A DNA stretch of 64,000 nucleotides from NCBI GenBank assembly GCA_965657355.1, contig CBFHOE010000006.1, positions 175,217 through 239,216 of the forward strand. The letters run 5' to 3'. The translations under genes were made by a program, and so were the position numbers. Source of the stretch: Limisphaerales bacterium. GTDB lineage: Bacteria; Verrucomicrobiota; Verrucomicrobiia; Limisphaerales; JAJOIW01. Below the pieces are notes generated by a model that saw only the letters and a program-made list of their open reading frames with translations, did not search any database and was not told the DNA's origin. Of this stretch, positions 9,795-20,170 are shown piece by piece; position 1 is the stretch's first letter, and each line of letters starts with the position of its first letter.

Positions 9795-11180
9795 TTATTC
9801 GCCACATCTAAAAAATGTGAGATAAGGATCTTTGTTGGCCATTCTTTTGATGAGAAGGGCAAGCTCTCTGGCGTGGTAATCCCCCCACATGGAACTTTCG
9901 CCATTTGGTATAATTTGTCCTCTTGCAATATGATCCCAGCCATTTGGGCGGTGATAGATCGAATGAAGCAAAAGCCCCTGGTGTTTTGCATTCGTGCTTA
10001 AATAGGGTTCATCAAATAAAGTTTTGGCTACTGTGAGCCCCGCTTGACGATATCTTTTTCCGTTTTTGGTGTCTTTATTGGATTGGTAATAATTTCCCAG
10101 CCTTATCAACCCTTGCGCTGCAATGGCCGCCGCAGACGAATCGACAGGCTCATGTTTATTATAAGGATCGGAGATTTCCTTGGTATAATCGCCGAGCTGG
10201 TGGACATTTGGCGCTCCCGTGTCCCAAACAGGAATGCCGTCTGCGTAACTGTTATTAATATAAAAATCAGCAGTCACCCTGGCGGCTCTGAGAAGAGTCT
10301 TTTCGAATTTTTCTGGGTCGACAATATTGGCGATTTCTTTTTTAGGGACGGTTTGATAAAATTCTAATTGCTCGGCAAAACCACATATTGCCCAGGCTAG
10401 TCCTCGAGTCCACGTTGAGAATGGAGAATAACCTTGCTGTGAGTTCGGACACCTGAAGAATCCATCATTAAGATTGAAAATACTTTCATGCGCTGTTCTC
10501 CCTGGTATGTCGTAAGCGTCGCGTTTTTCACCATAATATATAGAATACTGCGCTGTGACGTCAGCGTGATGAATAGCTCTCTCAAGCAAAGAAATTGGTT
10601 CGTCATGCTCTCCCATCAAAGCGTGTCCCAATTTATATGCCACACAAAGACTTCTCAAAGAACGAATGGTATCTATAAATAAAGAGTGTGGACCGTTGAA
10701 AGAATAGATGTATCCGCGACCTGAAGAATCTAGATTTGTCCAGCGAGCCGCCTGAACGGCACCAGAAACCTTAAGCGCTAATTCATAAAAATTTCTTTCA
10801 TACTCATTATTTGGAATAATTCCTTCTCTCATGAATCTCAATAAGTTCCCGTAAGTCGAAACATTATTGAAACCGTGATCGTGAACTCCTATGTGGGAAA
10901 CATGCGAAGCCATGAGATCTACCGTTTTTTCTTTGCCAATATCCAAAAACTGCTCATTTTCGGAGGCTTCAAACTGCAGTATTGCAGCTCCAAACTGGAA
11001 TCCTTGTGTCCACTCCGTCCAACCGCGTGTCGTGTATTTTCCCCTAATCGTAAAGACTGGGGTTCCATTCTCAGGTTTCCAATTTTTTTCGATACTCAAA
11101 ATCTTCTTACCCGAAAGTAAAAAAAGGTTCCGAATAGGGTCCAGTAAATCTGACGCTTTTAGTAAGTTCTCAATTTTCAT
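9795..11180 (-). CDS. glycoside hydrolase family 88-like (unsaturated glucuronyl hydrolase fold)
   Basis: WTQGF, HDHGF, FIDT, STWTRGLAW, DSSAAAIAA, WGDY; no signal peptide. Confidence 0.85.
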   Translation of the reverse strand: MKIENLLKASDLLDPIRNLFLLSGKKILSIEKNWKPENGTPVFTIRGKYTTRGWTEWTQGFQFGAAILQFEASENEQFLDIGKEKTVDLMASHVSHIGVHDHGFNNVSTYGNLLRFMREGIIPNNEYERNFYELALKVSGAVQAARWTNLDSSGRGYIYSFNGPHSLFIDTIRSLRSLCVAYKLGHALMGEHDEPISLLERAIHHADVTAQYSIYYGEKRDAYDIPGRTAHESIFNLNDGFFRCPNSQQGYSPFSTWTRGLAWAICGFAEQLEFYQTVPKKEIANIVDPEKFEKTLLRAARVTADFYINNSYADGIPVWDTGAPNVHQLGDYTKEISDPYNKHEPVDSSAAAIAAQGLIRLGNYYQSNKDTKNGKRYRQAGLTVAKTLFDEPYLSTNAKHQGLLLHSIYHRPNGWDHIARGQIIPNGESSMWGDYHARELALLIKRMANKDPYLTFFRCGE

Positions 11181-11221
11181 TCTGGCTATACCGCTTATAT
11201 ATTAAAAAGTTAAATGATTGG

Positions 11222-12370
11222 TTATATTAATTCTGGGACGTCCACCCATGCTCTTTTATCCCAGCTCTCCAACCCCTTTTGCGCGAGCTGTACTCCCTTC
11301 GCTCCTTCAAGCAAATTCCAAGGAAACGGAGAGTCTGTAATCACGTGTTTGATGAAATGTTCCCATTGAACTTTGAAAGCATTATCGAAGTCTTCTTGTT
11401 CTGGAACTTTCGACCAGCCCTCATAAAAATTTATTGGTTGCGGAATGTCGGGATTCCAAATTGGCTTAGGTGTATTCCCGTAGTGTTGCGTGTAAACATC
11501 TCTTAAACCTGCCACGGCAGATCCATGAGTACCATCGATGTGTAGCGTTAATAAGTCATCTCTTCTAACTCGAGTTGTCCAGGAAGAATTCAGATTGACG
11601 ATAATATTTCCCTCTAGTTCAAACTGTGCATAAGCGGCATCATCTGCAGTACACTTATAAGAATTTCCATTTTCATCAACTCTCTCTTCAATGTGCGTAG
11701 CTCCCATACAATTAACGGATTTTACTTTCCCGAAAATCTGATCTAGAACGTATCTCCAGTGGCATAACATATCCACGATAATACCTCCATCATCCTCCTT
11801 TCTGTAATTCCACGATGGCCTCTGTGCTGGTATCGTGTCCCCTTCAAATACCCAATACCCAAACTCCCCTCGGATAGATAAAATTTTCCCAAAGAATCCT
11901 TTATCGATCAGTCTTTTAACTTTGACTAAACCGGGTAACCAAAGTTTATCCTGAACGACTCCGTTTTTAATTTCTTTATCTTTGCAAAGTTTATAAAGGT
12001 CGATGGCCGATTTTACGTCTGTCGCGCAAGGTTTTTCGCAATACACATGCTTTCCAGCTTCCACTGCCTGACGAACAGAAGGTACGCGACGACCAGTCGT
12101 TTGCGCATCAAAGTAAATATGCATGTCATCGCGTGCCAGGCATGCATTCAGGTCTGTTGAATATGCTTCAACCCCACTTCGATCGCACAAGGCCCGTAAT
12201 TTTGCTTCATTTCTCCCAACCAAAATAGGATTCGGTATAATTTTTCGTCCTGGCGAAACCTCAACGCCTCCTTGTTCAATTATTTTTACAATGGACCTAA
12301 GCAAATGCTGGTTGGTTCCCATTCGCCCGGTGACACCATTCATGATGATACCAATTTTTTCTGAACTCAT
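11222..12370 (-). CDS. Gfo/Idh/MocA family oxidoreductase
   Basis: NGVTGRMG, HVYCEKP, GGIIVDMLCH; start moved to ATG 12370 (MSSEKIG). Confidence 0.9.
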   Translation of the reverse strand: MSSEKIGIIMNGVTGRMGTNQHLLRSIVKIIEQGGVEVSPGRKIIPNPILVGRNEAKLRALCDRSGVEAYSTDLNACLARDDMHIYFDAQTTGRRVPSVRQAVEAGKHVYCEKPCATDVKSAIDLYKLCKDKEIKNGVVQDKLWLPGLVKVKRLIDKGFFGKILSIRGEFGYWVFEGDTIPAQRPSWNYRKEDDGGIIVDMLCHWRYVLDQIFGKVKSVNCMGATHIEERVDENGNSYKCTADDAAYAQFELEGNIIVNLNSSWTTRVRRDDLLTLHIDGTHGSAVAGLRDVYTQHYGNTPKPIWNPDIPQPINFYEGWSKVPEQEDFDNAFKVQWEHFIKHVITDSPFPWNLLEGAKGVQLAQKGLESWDKRAWVDVPELI

Positions 12371-12389
12371 TTTATATTTTATTATTAAA

Positions 12390-13232
12390 TTATTCTTCTG
12401 TTTCCTCTGACACATTTAGTTTTCGCCAAGCCGAAATAATCTTGTCGAGGAATTGGTTTTGGTCTGACTCCCAATAACGATTCGAAAATATTTCTACTTC
12501 ATGAAAACCATGAAACCCTGATTTTTCAACCACAGCTGCAATACCTTTTAAATCAATACATCCTTCTCCCATCAGCCCTCTATCATTGAGCAAATCTAAA
12601 GTTGGAGTTTTCCAATCACAGATGTGATATGAGAAAAGTTTGTTGTGTAAACCTGATCTCATAATTTCTTTTTCTAATTGAGGGTCCCACCATGTGTGGT
12701 AAGCATCTAAGGTGACCCCAATGGCGTCGTGATCTAATTGGATTGCCATGGTGTTGGCTAAACCCAGAGAGTTAATCGCAGAGCGATCGTCACTATACAT
12801 CGGGTGCAAAGGCTCAATACCTAGCTTGACCCCAGCCTCACTTGCGTGATCTAAACAAGTTGCAATGCCGTCCAAAATCTGGCCCCTAGAAATTTCTAAA
12901 GGCTGACCAGGAACAGCACCACATACCAAAACAATCAAAGGAGCACCAAGTTCATATGCCTCATCAATAATCTTAAAATTTTCATCAATTGCTTTCTGTC
13001 TTTCAGAAACATCGACTGCTGGAAAAAATCCTCCTCGAACATAGGACACCAAACTGAGGCCTTCAGAGCGAACCATCCGAGAAACCTCTTTCAAGTTCTT
13101 TCCTTCGACCACATTCCTCCATATAGAAACACCACCAATACCTGCTCTCCCATAATTCGTGAGACATTCTTCAATTGACCAGGGTTTGTTGGTCATAGTG
13201 TGAATACAAAGGTTTTCTAAATCATTGTTCAT
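12390..13232 (-). CDS. sugar phosphate isomerase/epimerase (xylose-isomerase-like TIM barrel)
   Basis: IEPLHP, DAYH, HICDW, GEGCID, EVEIFS metal-binding pattern. Confidence 0.88.
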   Translation of the reverse strand: MNNDLENLCIHTMTNKPWSIEECLTNYGRAGIGGVSIWRNVVEGKNLKEVSRMVRSEGLSLVSYVRGGFFPAVDVSERQKAIDENFKIIDEAYELGAPLIVLVCGAVPGQPLEISRGQILDGIATCLDHASEAGVKLGIEPLHPMYSDDRSAINSLGLANTMAIQLDHDAIGVTLDAYHTWWDPQLEKEIMRSGLHNKLFSYHICDWKTPTLDLLNDRGLMGEGCIDLKGIAAVVEKSGFHGFHEVEIFSNRYWESDQNQFLDKIISAWRKLNVSEETEE

Positions 13233-13324
13233 TTAATTTTCCTATCAGCAGAAGCTATATCGATACTTTAAATTATTCTTTACCAAAACGGTCAAATGTT
13301 CTTTCTGGCTTTATAAAATCACAC

Positions 13325-14116
13325 TCAAATGGCTCGTAAATGAAAACCCCCATCAACATTAAAAACCTCTCCAGTACTGAATGGGAACGCGCCACTTGCA
13401 ATAGCTGTTACAGCAGAGGCTACATCCTCCGGTTGACCCCATCTCTTGATGGGCCATAACCCATCTTCAATCAACTTGTCATATTTAGCCTGAACCGGTG
13501 CCGTCATATCCGAGGCAACAACGCCAGGGCATACCTCGTAAACTCCAATTCCCTCGTCTGCTAGCCTAACAGCAAAAAGCTTTGTCATCATTCCCATGGC
13601 TGCTTTCGCCATGCAATAATCTCCTCGGTTTGTGCTGACCGCCCAGGAACTAATGGAACTAATATTGATAATTTTCCCAATGTGACCACTTTCTGGATGT
13701 GCTTTTGTTTCGATCATCCACCGCGCTGCTAATTGGCTCAGAAAGTATGGCCCCTTCAAATTAATTGCCATGAGCTTGTCGAAATTTTCCTCATTTGCCT
13801 CTAGCACATCAGCTCTTCCAATAGATGTAATCCCTGCGTTATTGACTAAAAGACTTAGTCTATCAAAATTTTTCCTGGCTTGTTGGATCAAGTGCTCTCT
13901 TTCTGAGGCAACTCCTATATTTGCCTTAATTGTCTGAACCTTTATTAACTTTCCTGATGCCTCTGCCGCCTCAAGACATTTATCTTTCGCTTCCTCGGCC
14001 TTCTCAGGACTTGATGCGAAATTGATGACTAAATCATATCCCTCTGCTGCTAGACCAATCGCTATTCCTCTCCCTATTCCTCTTGATGCTCCTGTGATAA
14101 TGGCGGATGGATTCAT
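13325..14116 (-). CDS. short-chain dehydrogenase/reductase
   Basis: TGASRGIG, NNAG, YCMAK, VDGG; true start likely ATG 14116 because the ORF-track extension overlaps lysR. Confidence 0.9.
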   Translation of the reverse strand: MNPSAIITGASRGIGRGIAIGLAAEGYDLVINFASSPEKAEEAKDKCLEAAEASGKLIKVQTIKANIGVASEREHLIQQARKNFDRLSLLVNNAGITSIGRADVLEANEENFDKLMAINLKGPYFLSQLAARWMIETKAHPESGHIGKIINISSISSWAVSTNRGDYCMAKAAMGMMTKLFAVRLADEGIGVYEVCPGVVASDMTAPVQAKYDKLIEDGLWPIKRWGQPEDVASAVTAIASGAFPFSTGEVFNVDGGFHLRAI

Positions 14117-14189
14117 ATAAAACACACACTCCCTCGATTGATTGGATAAGTAAAATATGATAATAGAATGAAATACATAATATTTTCTT

Positions 14190-15083
14190 ATGGAACTATA
14201 CCAGTTGGAATATTTCAAAAGAGTGGTTGAAGAGCGCAATATTACCCGAGCTGCTGAGTTTTTACGTATTGCGCAACCTGCTTTATCGCAACAAATTAAG
14301 AAGTTAGAAGCAGAATGCGGGACATCGCTTTTAGTGCGTGGTAGGAAACAAACCATTCCCACACCGGCCGGGCAGCACCTATATGAGAGAGCCCAGATAA
14401 TTTCGGATATGGTCGACCAAACGCTCTCGTCAATTCAGGAGATGAATATTCTAAAATTTGGTACGCTCAAAATTGCGACAATCCCGAGCGTCAGTTCCAC
14501 TCTGCTTCCTAGTTGGATTTCAGAATATAGAAACCAATACCCGAATATTGATATTGTTCTCAAAGAGGGGACAAGTGCCCAGGTTGAGCAGTGGATAAAA
14601 CAGTCAGAATGCGAAATAGGGTTCTCACAAATGCCCACTACCATTAAGGGTATTGACGTTATTGAAACAAAAATAGAACGTTTCGTGGTTTTGCTGCCAA
14701 AATCGCACAATTTTGCCCACGAGCAGGAGATAAGTTTCTCAAAATTGAAAAGCGAGCCTATGATTTTATATCGAGGGGGCAGATTGGCCGATTTTGTCTT
14801 AGGCCAATATCACTCAGTCGGATGGGAACCCAAAATCATATGTGAAACGTCTGAGCTCGCAACTTTACGTGCACTTGTGAGTACGGGTATTGGGATTGCC
14901 ATACTGCCGGAGCTTGCTGTTTTGAGGGATAATGCGGATAAATCAATGACTCATATACCAATGAAAGATAAGAAATTTAAAAGGATTATCGGGGTTATTC
15001 AGCGCAAGGACGTTGACCTTTCTGCTGCGGCTAAAACTTTTGTTTCTGATGCTGCTCCATTTTTAAATGACGGATCAAAATAA
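14190..15083 (+). CDS. LysR family transcriptional regulator
   Basis: N-terminal HTH (NITRAAEFLRIAQPALSQQIKKLE); divergent from the SDR operon. Confidence 0.93.
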   Translation: MELYQLEYFKRVVEERNITRAAEFLRIAQPALSQQIKKLEAECGTSLLVRGRKQTIPTPAGQHLYERAQIISDMVDQTLSSIQEMNILKFGTLKIATIPSVSSTLLPSWISEYRNQYPNIDIVLKEGTSAQVEQWIKQSECEIGFSQMPTTIKGIDVIETKIERFVVLLPKSHNFAHEQEISFSKLKSEPMILYRGGRLADFVLGQYHSVGWEPKIICETSELATLRALVSTGIGIAILPELAVLRDNADKSMTHIPMKDKKFKRIIGVIQRKDVDLSAAAKTFVSDAAPFLNDGSK

Positions 15084-15137
15084 ATTCGCAACCAAACCAA
15101 TCCATGGTTTGATTATCCTATAACTGATTTATAAGCA

Positions 15138-15629
15138 ATGAGCCCATTAGCCCAGAAATATGAATCAAACGGCTACTACGGAATAGGAATTCTCTATTCT
15201 GATAACCAACTCAATGTGGGTACTCTTTGGAGGTCCGCATTCATTTTAGGTGCATCATTTATCTACACAATAGGTAGAAAATACCGTGTCCAATCCAGCG
15301 ATGTGACTAAGTCGTGGTCAAAACTCCCACTCTATCACTATTCAGATTTTGATCATTTTTTCGAAAACCTACCATACAAAATAGAACTCGTAGGTATCGA
15401 AATGACCCCCAATGCCAAACCCCTCGATAAGTTAGAGCACCCCAAACGGGCTGTTTACCTTCTGGGAAATGAGAGATCAGGTTTATCCGACAAAGCCTTA
15501 GAGAGATGCCGTTATGTTACCTATCTCCCGGGTGAATTTAGTTTAAACGTCGCCGTTGCGGGAAGTATCGTTATGTATGATAGAATTTCAAAAATACCGA
15601 CACCTCTTCCCAGGCGGGTGAAGGAATAA
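15138..15629 (+). CDS. SpoU/TrmH family RNA methyltransferase
   Basis: NVGTLWRSA, LLGNERSGL, SLNVAVAGSIVMY. Confidence 0.9.
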   Translation: MSPLAQKYESNGYYGIGILYSDNQLNVGTLWRSAFILGASFIYTIGRKYRVQSSDVTKSWSKLPLYHYSDFDHFFENLPYKIELVGIEMTPNAKPLDKLEHPKRAVYLLGNERSGLSDKALERCRYVTYLPGEFSLNVAVAGSIVMYDRISKIPTPLPRRVKE

Positions 15630-15686
15630 ATATTTTATTAGTTTGTTAAGCTAAGCGAATTTTTGAGTGTGTAAGCATCGATTTGA

Positions 15687-16103
15687 GGCCATTTTTTAAA
15701 GATCACTAAAAACAATTCTTTCTTGCTTATTCATTATGACGGCTTCCGCGGTAACGATAAAGTAGACGTGCTAGGTGGAAGTTTTCTTGAGATAACAGAA
15801 TTCTATGGTGAGGGCTTACCAAATAAAGTAACTGCCTAGGGTATTGAGTATAACTACACATAGGATTACTAGAACGGGATTCGCACAAAATATATTGAGA
15901 CAGATGGCGTTTCTGGTAACTCCACAAACGATAGTAAACAGGAATGGATATATATCGACAAACGTCTTTATCAGGTCAAGTTCAGCCAAAGCCCTTCAAT
16001 CACTAGAACAACAACTTACACTTGAGATGAGTTCGGACGGATTCCTACGGAACATAAGGACGGAGTCAACCAGACCACAACTCAAAATCCTGCCGCACTA
16101 TAA
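15687..16103 (+). pseudogene. degraded RHS/YD-repeat protein fragment
   Basis: one frame reads HYDGFRG...TA*GIEYNYT*DY*NGIRT...TRTTTYT*DEFGRI; internal stops at 15837, 15861, 15870, 16023. Confidence 0.6.
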
Positions 16104-16130
16104 AAAAATCGAGTAGGATATCCTACTCGA
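16102..16130 (-). terminator. intrinsic terminator downstream of the CxxCH protein gene
   Basis: perfect 22-bp palindrome TCGAGTAGGATATCCTACTCGA followed by T7 on the minus strand. Confidence 0.75.
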
Positions 16131-16231
16131 GGTTAAATTTTGGGAGAATTTGTTTCGTTCGCTATGCGAAGAACCCCCTGAATACATTTCAATCCATTTG
16201 TAGGAGTGAGGTAAAGGGAAGGGGTCTGTGC

Positions 16232-19200
16232 TTATTTTAACGAGCTCAAAAACTCAACCAGATCTCTGAGCTCTTTTTTGCTGATTGCGAGGTGCAACAT
16301 GCCCGGCATTCCAGATGGGCCTCTTTCGCGTGAATCTATCATTGCCTTGTCAATTTCCACCGGTCCTTCATCTGGGGTGTTTATGATTAAAACATCGTCA
16401 TTTTCTTCCGCAATCGTGCCTGCAAAAACCCCTTCAAGTGTTTCGACAATAACGGTCTCATAGCCATCAGCAATAACGCTATTCGGGGCGGCAATGGATT
16501 CCAAAATTTGCATTCTCGAATACTTGCTACCGATGCCATCGAGGACAGGCCCAACTTCACCTCCAGAGCCACCGGCCATGTGGCATCTCATGCACTGAAC
16601 CGTTTGATTCTCTCTGAAGACTTTTTCCCCGCTTTCCGCATTACCGCCCACCAATGTGACGGAATGTGTAGATTTCCAATCCTCGGCATCAAGTGTTTTT
16701 TCATAAGCTTTAACAGCGCTTGTTAAAGATTTTTTTGATGAGGATGACATGGCGTCTAACACATCTAGTTGCAGCTCTTTGGCAAGTTCCCCCGATTTTA
16801 TTCCATCCAAACCTTCCAAAAGTAACGCTTCAGCTTCCTCGGAATCAATAAATGCCAGTGTTTGGTAGGCTGCTTGTTTTTCTCCAACAGAACCTTTATT
16901 CAGGGTTTCTTTTAGAAGCTTAACGGCTTGGACAATATTAATTTGTGGTAGTAGCTTCAAAGCTGCTTCTTTCAGCCTGTCATCGGAGGCTTTTAAGCTG
17001 TAATTCAAAGCCATGAAAAGATCAGCCCCGCCCAATGTGCCCAAGGCATCTAATGCTGCCGCTCGTGTTCTTCCTTGGAAGCCTGAATTCAATACAACTT
17101 TAGATAAAAGAGGACTCAAAGATTTTGCATCTAAGTTTTTTGCTGCCGATGCCATTGTTTCAATGACTTTGTCATTTTTTGATGCGATTACCTCTTCTCC
17201 AATGGACTCCAAAGCAGCTATGGCGTGGTCAGGTTTCCTTGAAGATATCTCCTTTCCCTCCGCATCTTTTATTGGCCGGAATGTCCCAACAACACGATCT
17301 CGGCGTACTGTGGTAACTCCAGTCAATTGCCAGTCTTTTAATGCATTCAGAGCCTGAATTCTCAGACGGTTTCTGATTTTATTGTTTGATGCGATTTTTG
17401 ATAAATCCGTTGCAGTCTCTTCAGATCCGATTCTAAAAGCTGCGTTTATGCCTCGTGATATGGTTGGCTCAACTTTGTTGCGAAATGCTCTGTCCAAGTC
17501 TTTACGATCTTTCGGAGTTGCCACCTTGGCCAAACTAGAAATCTTTTCCGCCTGATCGAGAGTTTTGGCCAATGATGGGGTTGCTGTTTCAATCGAAAGG
17601 TCATTGATGGCCCGCGCTGCCTCAGCCACAACAAGAGGGTCCCGCTTTGTTATATCAAGGTAGTTAGATAACAAATCTGACTCGTGCATTCTAAGAGCAA
17701 GAGCTCCGACCATCTGAAGAGCAGGGGAAGTTTCGGGACCGGTCAATTCCAAAATTTCCTCAGGCTTAGCAGTTCCTGACATTCCGTAGGAAAGTGCATG
17801 CCTCAACCACGGATCGCTGCCGGCATCGGCGATGGCAATTTCTGAGATTTTCTTGGAAGCCGATAAATTTTCACCTAGCTTGCCAAGAGAAATGGCTGCC
17901 AGCGATTGAACTCTCGAACTGGTATCAGATAATAAATCTATCAAAACATTCCGACCAATAGCGTAATTCGCGTCCCCAATAATTCGCGCTAGTTGAACTT
18001 TAACTTCTTCTTCTTCTGAAGCTCTCAATCCAAGGAAGTCTGAGAGCACGTGTGGTGTTTTTCTGGCTATCTGTCCAGTTGCCCAAATGGCATGGATGCG
18101 TGCATGTAAATTTTTTGAGTTGTAAGCAATCTCCCTCAATGATGATAGTTCTGATCGCCCACGATTTGCCAGCTCCCATTGAGCTTCAAGGCGAACCTTC
18201 ATATTCTGATGACCCAATAATTGAAGGAGGTCTTTGGACTCTCTTCCTTCAAAACCATCTCTTAACAATTGAGACGTTTCGGCGACGATGGGATTTTGCA
18301 GTTCGTCCTCATGCGCTAGTCTGTAGATTCGTCCCTTATTAGATTTTGGCCAACCAGAATTCCAATCCGTCCAGTAAAGAGCTCCATCTGGTCCAAAATC
18401 CACATCCGTTGGAAGGCAATTCCAAACCACATGATCGTAGATCTCGCGACCCTTATCATCGAGATCTTGAACAATTGAAAAACCTGCACCACCGGGAGCA
18501 ACTCGGTAAGCTGTTATTCCACTTCTGCTCGTCGTGCCGTTGAAGTGAGTGACCAGGATCGCCCCATCGTATTCTTTAGGAAGGCCAGTACCATAATTGT
18601 AAACTATCCCAGATGGCCCATTATCTATATTTGTAATCGGAGGTAAGCAATAAGCGGCTCTTCCGTCAAAGTGAGGGCGCCATAGCAATTCGCGATTCCA
18701 TGGTCCACCACTCCCAAGCGGATTGTGTTGGTAACCAACGCGCCATCCCGAATCACTTCCCTCCATAACATAGACTAATCTCTCTCTGTCCCCTTGATCT
18801 GAATCATTATCGCCAGTGAAAAGGTTTCCAAACTCATCAAATGCTAATTCCTGAGGGTTTCTCAATCCGGTTGCAAATAATTCAAGCTTCGAGCCGTCTA
18901 ATTCACATCGAAAAACTCCCCCTTCATCGGGAATGTCGAGCAATTTACCTTCTTTCGTTAATACACTTGCGCCTCGGTCACCGCAGCTAAAATAGAGTCT
19001 TCCATCCGGTCCTATGATCAGGCCGTGTAAATCATGACCTGTTAAGCTAAACCTGACGCCGTATCCCGTACTCATTTCATCGCGAGTCTCGGCAAATCCA
19101 TCATTATCTCTATCTTCCAAAACCCAAACACTCGGAATGTTGGTGAAATAGACTTTATCGTTATGGGTTAATACACCAGAAGCTATGCCATCCAATATGG

Positions 19201-19711
19201 AATCAAATCCATCGGCGAAGATTTCTGATGAGTCAGCCACGCCATCGCTATCTGAATCCACGATCTTCCGTATGACTTCTGTCTCAACAGCTAATTCCTC
19301 AACTTGGTCACCCAAGTGCTTTTTCAACATGTCCACGCGATCATTCACGTTTCGAATCGCCAGATCATCCTCGAGCCATTCCATGTAATTTCTGATATCT
19401 AAAACACTGGATCTATATCTGTAGGTCTCAGATGTATAAAACGTCCCATCGTTGTCTATCGTAAAAGCAACGACATTCCCGAGCATTGGTTCCGCAGCTA
19501 CCTGAGTGACATTGAATCCAGGAGTGACCTGGAAACGGCTAATCGCTCTTATTCCTTCATCTGATGGCCCTGCTGTCTCGGGGTTGGGCTTGCGAACATC
19601 CTTGTTTAAGGAAGTTTTTTTACCAAGTTCTGCGCCACTAGCCGACATGGTTACCAAAACCAAACACGTAAGCACTCCACGAACTGCCGCTTTTAGATCA
19701 TTTCTGCTCAT
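16232..19711 (-). CDS. PVC-type membrane-bound dehydrogenase-domain / HEAT-repeat / heme c-binding protein
   Basis: signal peptide, propeller motifs (GPDGRLY, GLRNPQELAFD), HEAT repeats, CMRCH heme motif, distal SGMP. Confidence 0.88.
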   Translation of the reverse strand: MSRNDLKAAVRGVLTCLVLVTMSASGAELGKKTSLNKDVRKPNPETAGPSDEGIRAISRFQVTPGFNVTQVAAEPMLGNVVAFTIDNDGTFYTSETYRYRSSVLDIRNYMEWLEDDLAIRNVNDRVDMLKKHLGDQVEELAVETEVIRKIVDSDSDGVADSSEIFADGFDSILDGIASGVLTHNDKVYFTNIPSVWVLEDRDNDGFAETRDEMSTGYGVRFSLTGHDLHGLIIGPDGRLYFSCGDRGASVLTKEGKLLDIPDEGGVFRCELDGSKLELFATGLRNPQELAFDEFGNLFTGDNDSDQGDRERLVYVMEGSDSGWRVGYQHNPLGSGGPWNRELLWRPHFDGRAAYCLPPITNIDNGPSGIVYNYGTGLPKEYDGAILVTHFNGTTSRSGITAYRVAPGGAGFSIVQDLDDKGREIYDHVVWNCLPTDVDFGPDGALYWTDWNSGWPKSNKGRIYRLAHEDELQNPIVAETSQLLRDGFEGRESKDLLQLLGHQNMKVRLEAQWELANRGRSELSSLREIAYNSKNLHARIHAIWATGQIARKTPHVLSDFLGLRASEEEEVKVQLARIIGDANYAIGRNVLIDLLSDTSSRVQSLAAISLGKLGENLSASKKISEIAIADAGSDPWLRHALSYGMSGTAKPEEILELTGPETSPALQMVGALALRMHESDLLSNYLDITKRDPLVVAEAARAINDLSIETATPSLAKTLDQAEKISSLAKVATPKDRKDLDRAFRNKVEPTISRGINAAFRIGSEETATDLSKIASNNKIRNRLRIQALNALKDWQLTGVTTVRRDRVVGTFRPIKDAEGKEISSRKPDHAIAALESIGEEVIASKNDKVIETMASAAKNLDAKSLSPLLSKVVLNSGFQGRTRAAALDALGTLGGADLFMALNYSLKASDDRLKEAALKLLPQINIVQAVKLLKETLNKGSVGEKQAAYQTLAFIDSEEAEALLLEGLDGIKSGELAKELQLDVLDAMSSSSKKSLTSAVKAYEKTLDAEDWKSTHSVTLVGGNAESGEKVFRENQTVQCMRCHMAGGSGGEVGPVLDGIGSKYSRMQILESIAAPNSVIADGYETVIVETLEGVFAGTIAEENDDVLIINTPDEGPVEIDKAMIDSRERGPSGMPGMLHLAISKKELRDLVEFLSSLK

Positions 19712-20170
19712 TAGACCTTCAAAATTACTAGATCCCTTCTTTCAAATCAAACCCACGTTTGCCCAATAAGAGGTAGACCCTTAGACAAATGTTCATTTTT
19801 TCATCGATAGCTCGGTTAAGGCGCAGAATTTTTAAACAATTTTGCATGAGCAATGTAATTTATTTTTAACATTTAATCTGTCAGAGACATTTCCAAGGCT
19901 AAGCTGCGCCATGCCTGATTTACCTTCGGGCGAATATACTCGTGAGCGCCGATGACCAATTCCAAAGCTCATTTTTCTGAATTATGCCAAAAATGACGAC
20001 AGTAGTTAATTGTGTGCCAAACACACGTAGTCCCTGTTGTTAACCTTTTCTTCCGATTTAACCCCTCTCTTATGGAATTGCATCCCATTGTTTAAACTGT
20101 TGTTCAAACCGAGCTCTTGACCCTTGGTTGGAAGAGTGCAGATAATGTTATCATGTCCAACGACCGTTTT

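Noticed and set aside
14117..14362. Apparent N-terminal extension of the SDR overlapping lysR
   Set aside because: Antisense to the LysR HTH; the Rossmann motif starts right after ATG 14116
15837..16025. Stop-codon recoding (three in-frame TAG) in the RHS-like frame
   Set aside because: A TGA is also present, and intact genes in the window end in TAG (37116-37118, 39604-39606); decay is the simpler explanation
15727..16116. ORF-track calls 15727-15927(-) and 15844-16116(+)
   Set aside because: Alternative frames over the RHS-like remnant with no recognisable motifs
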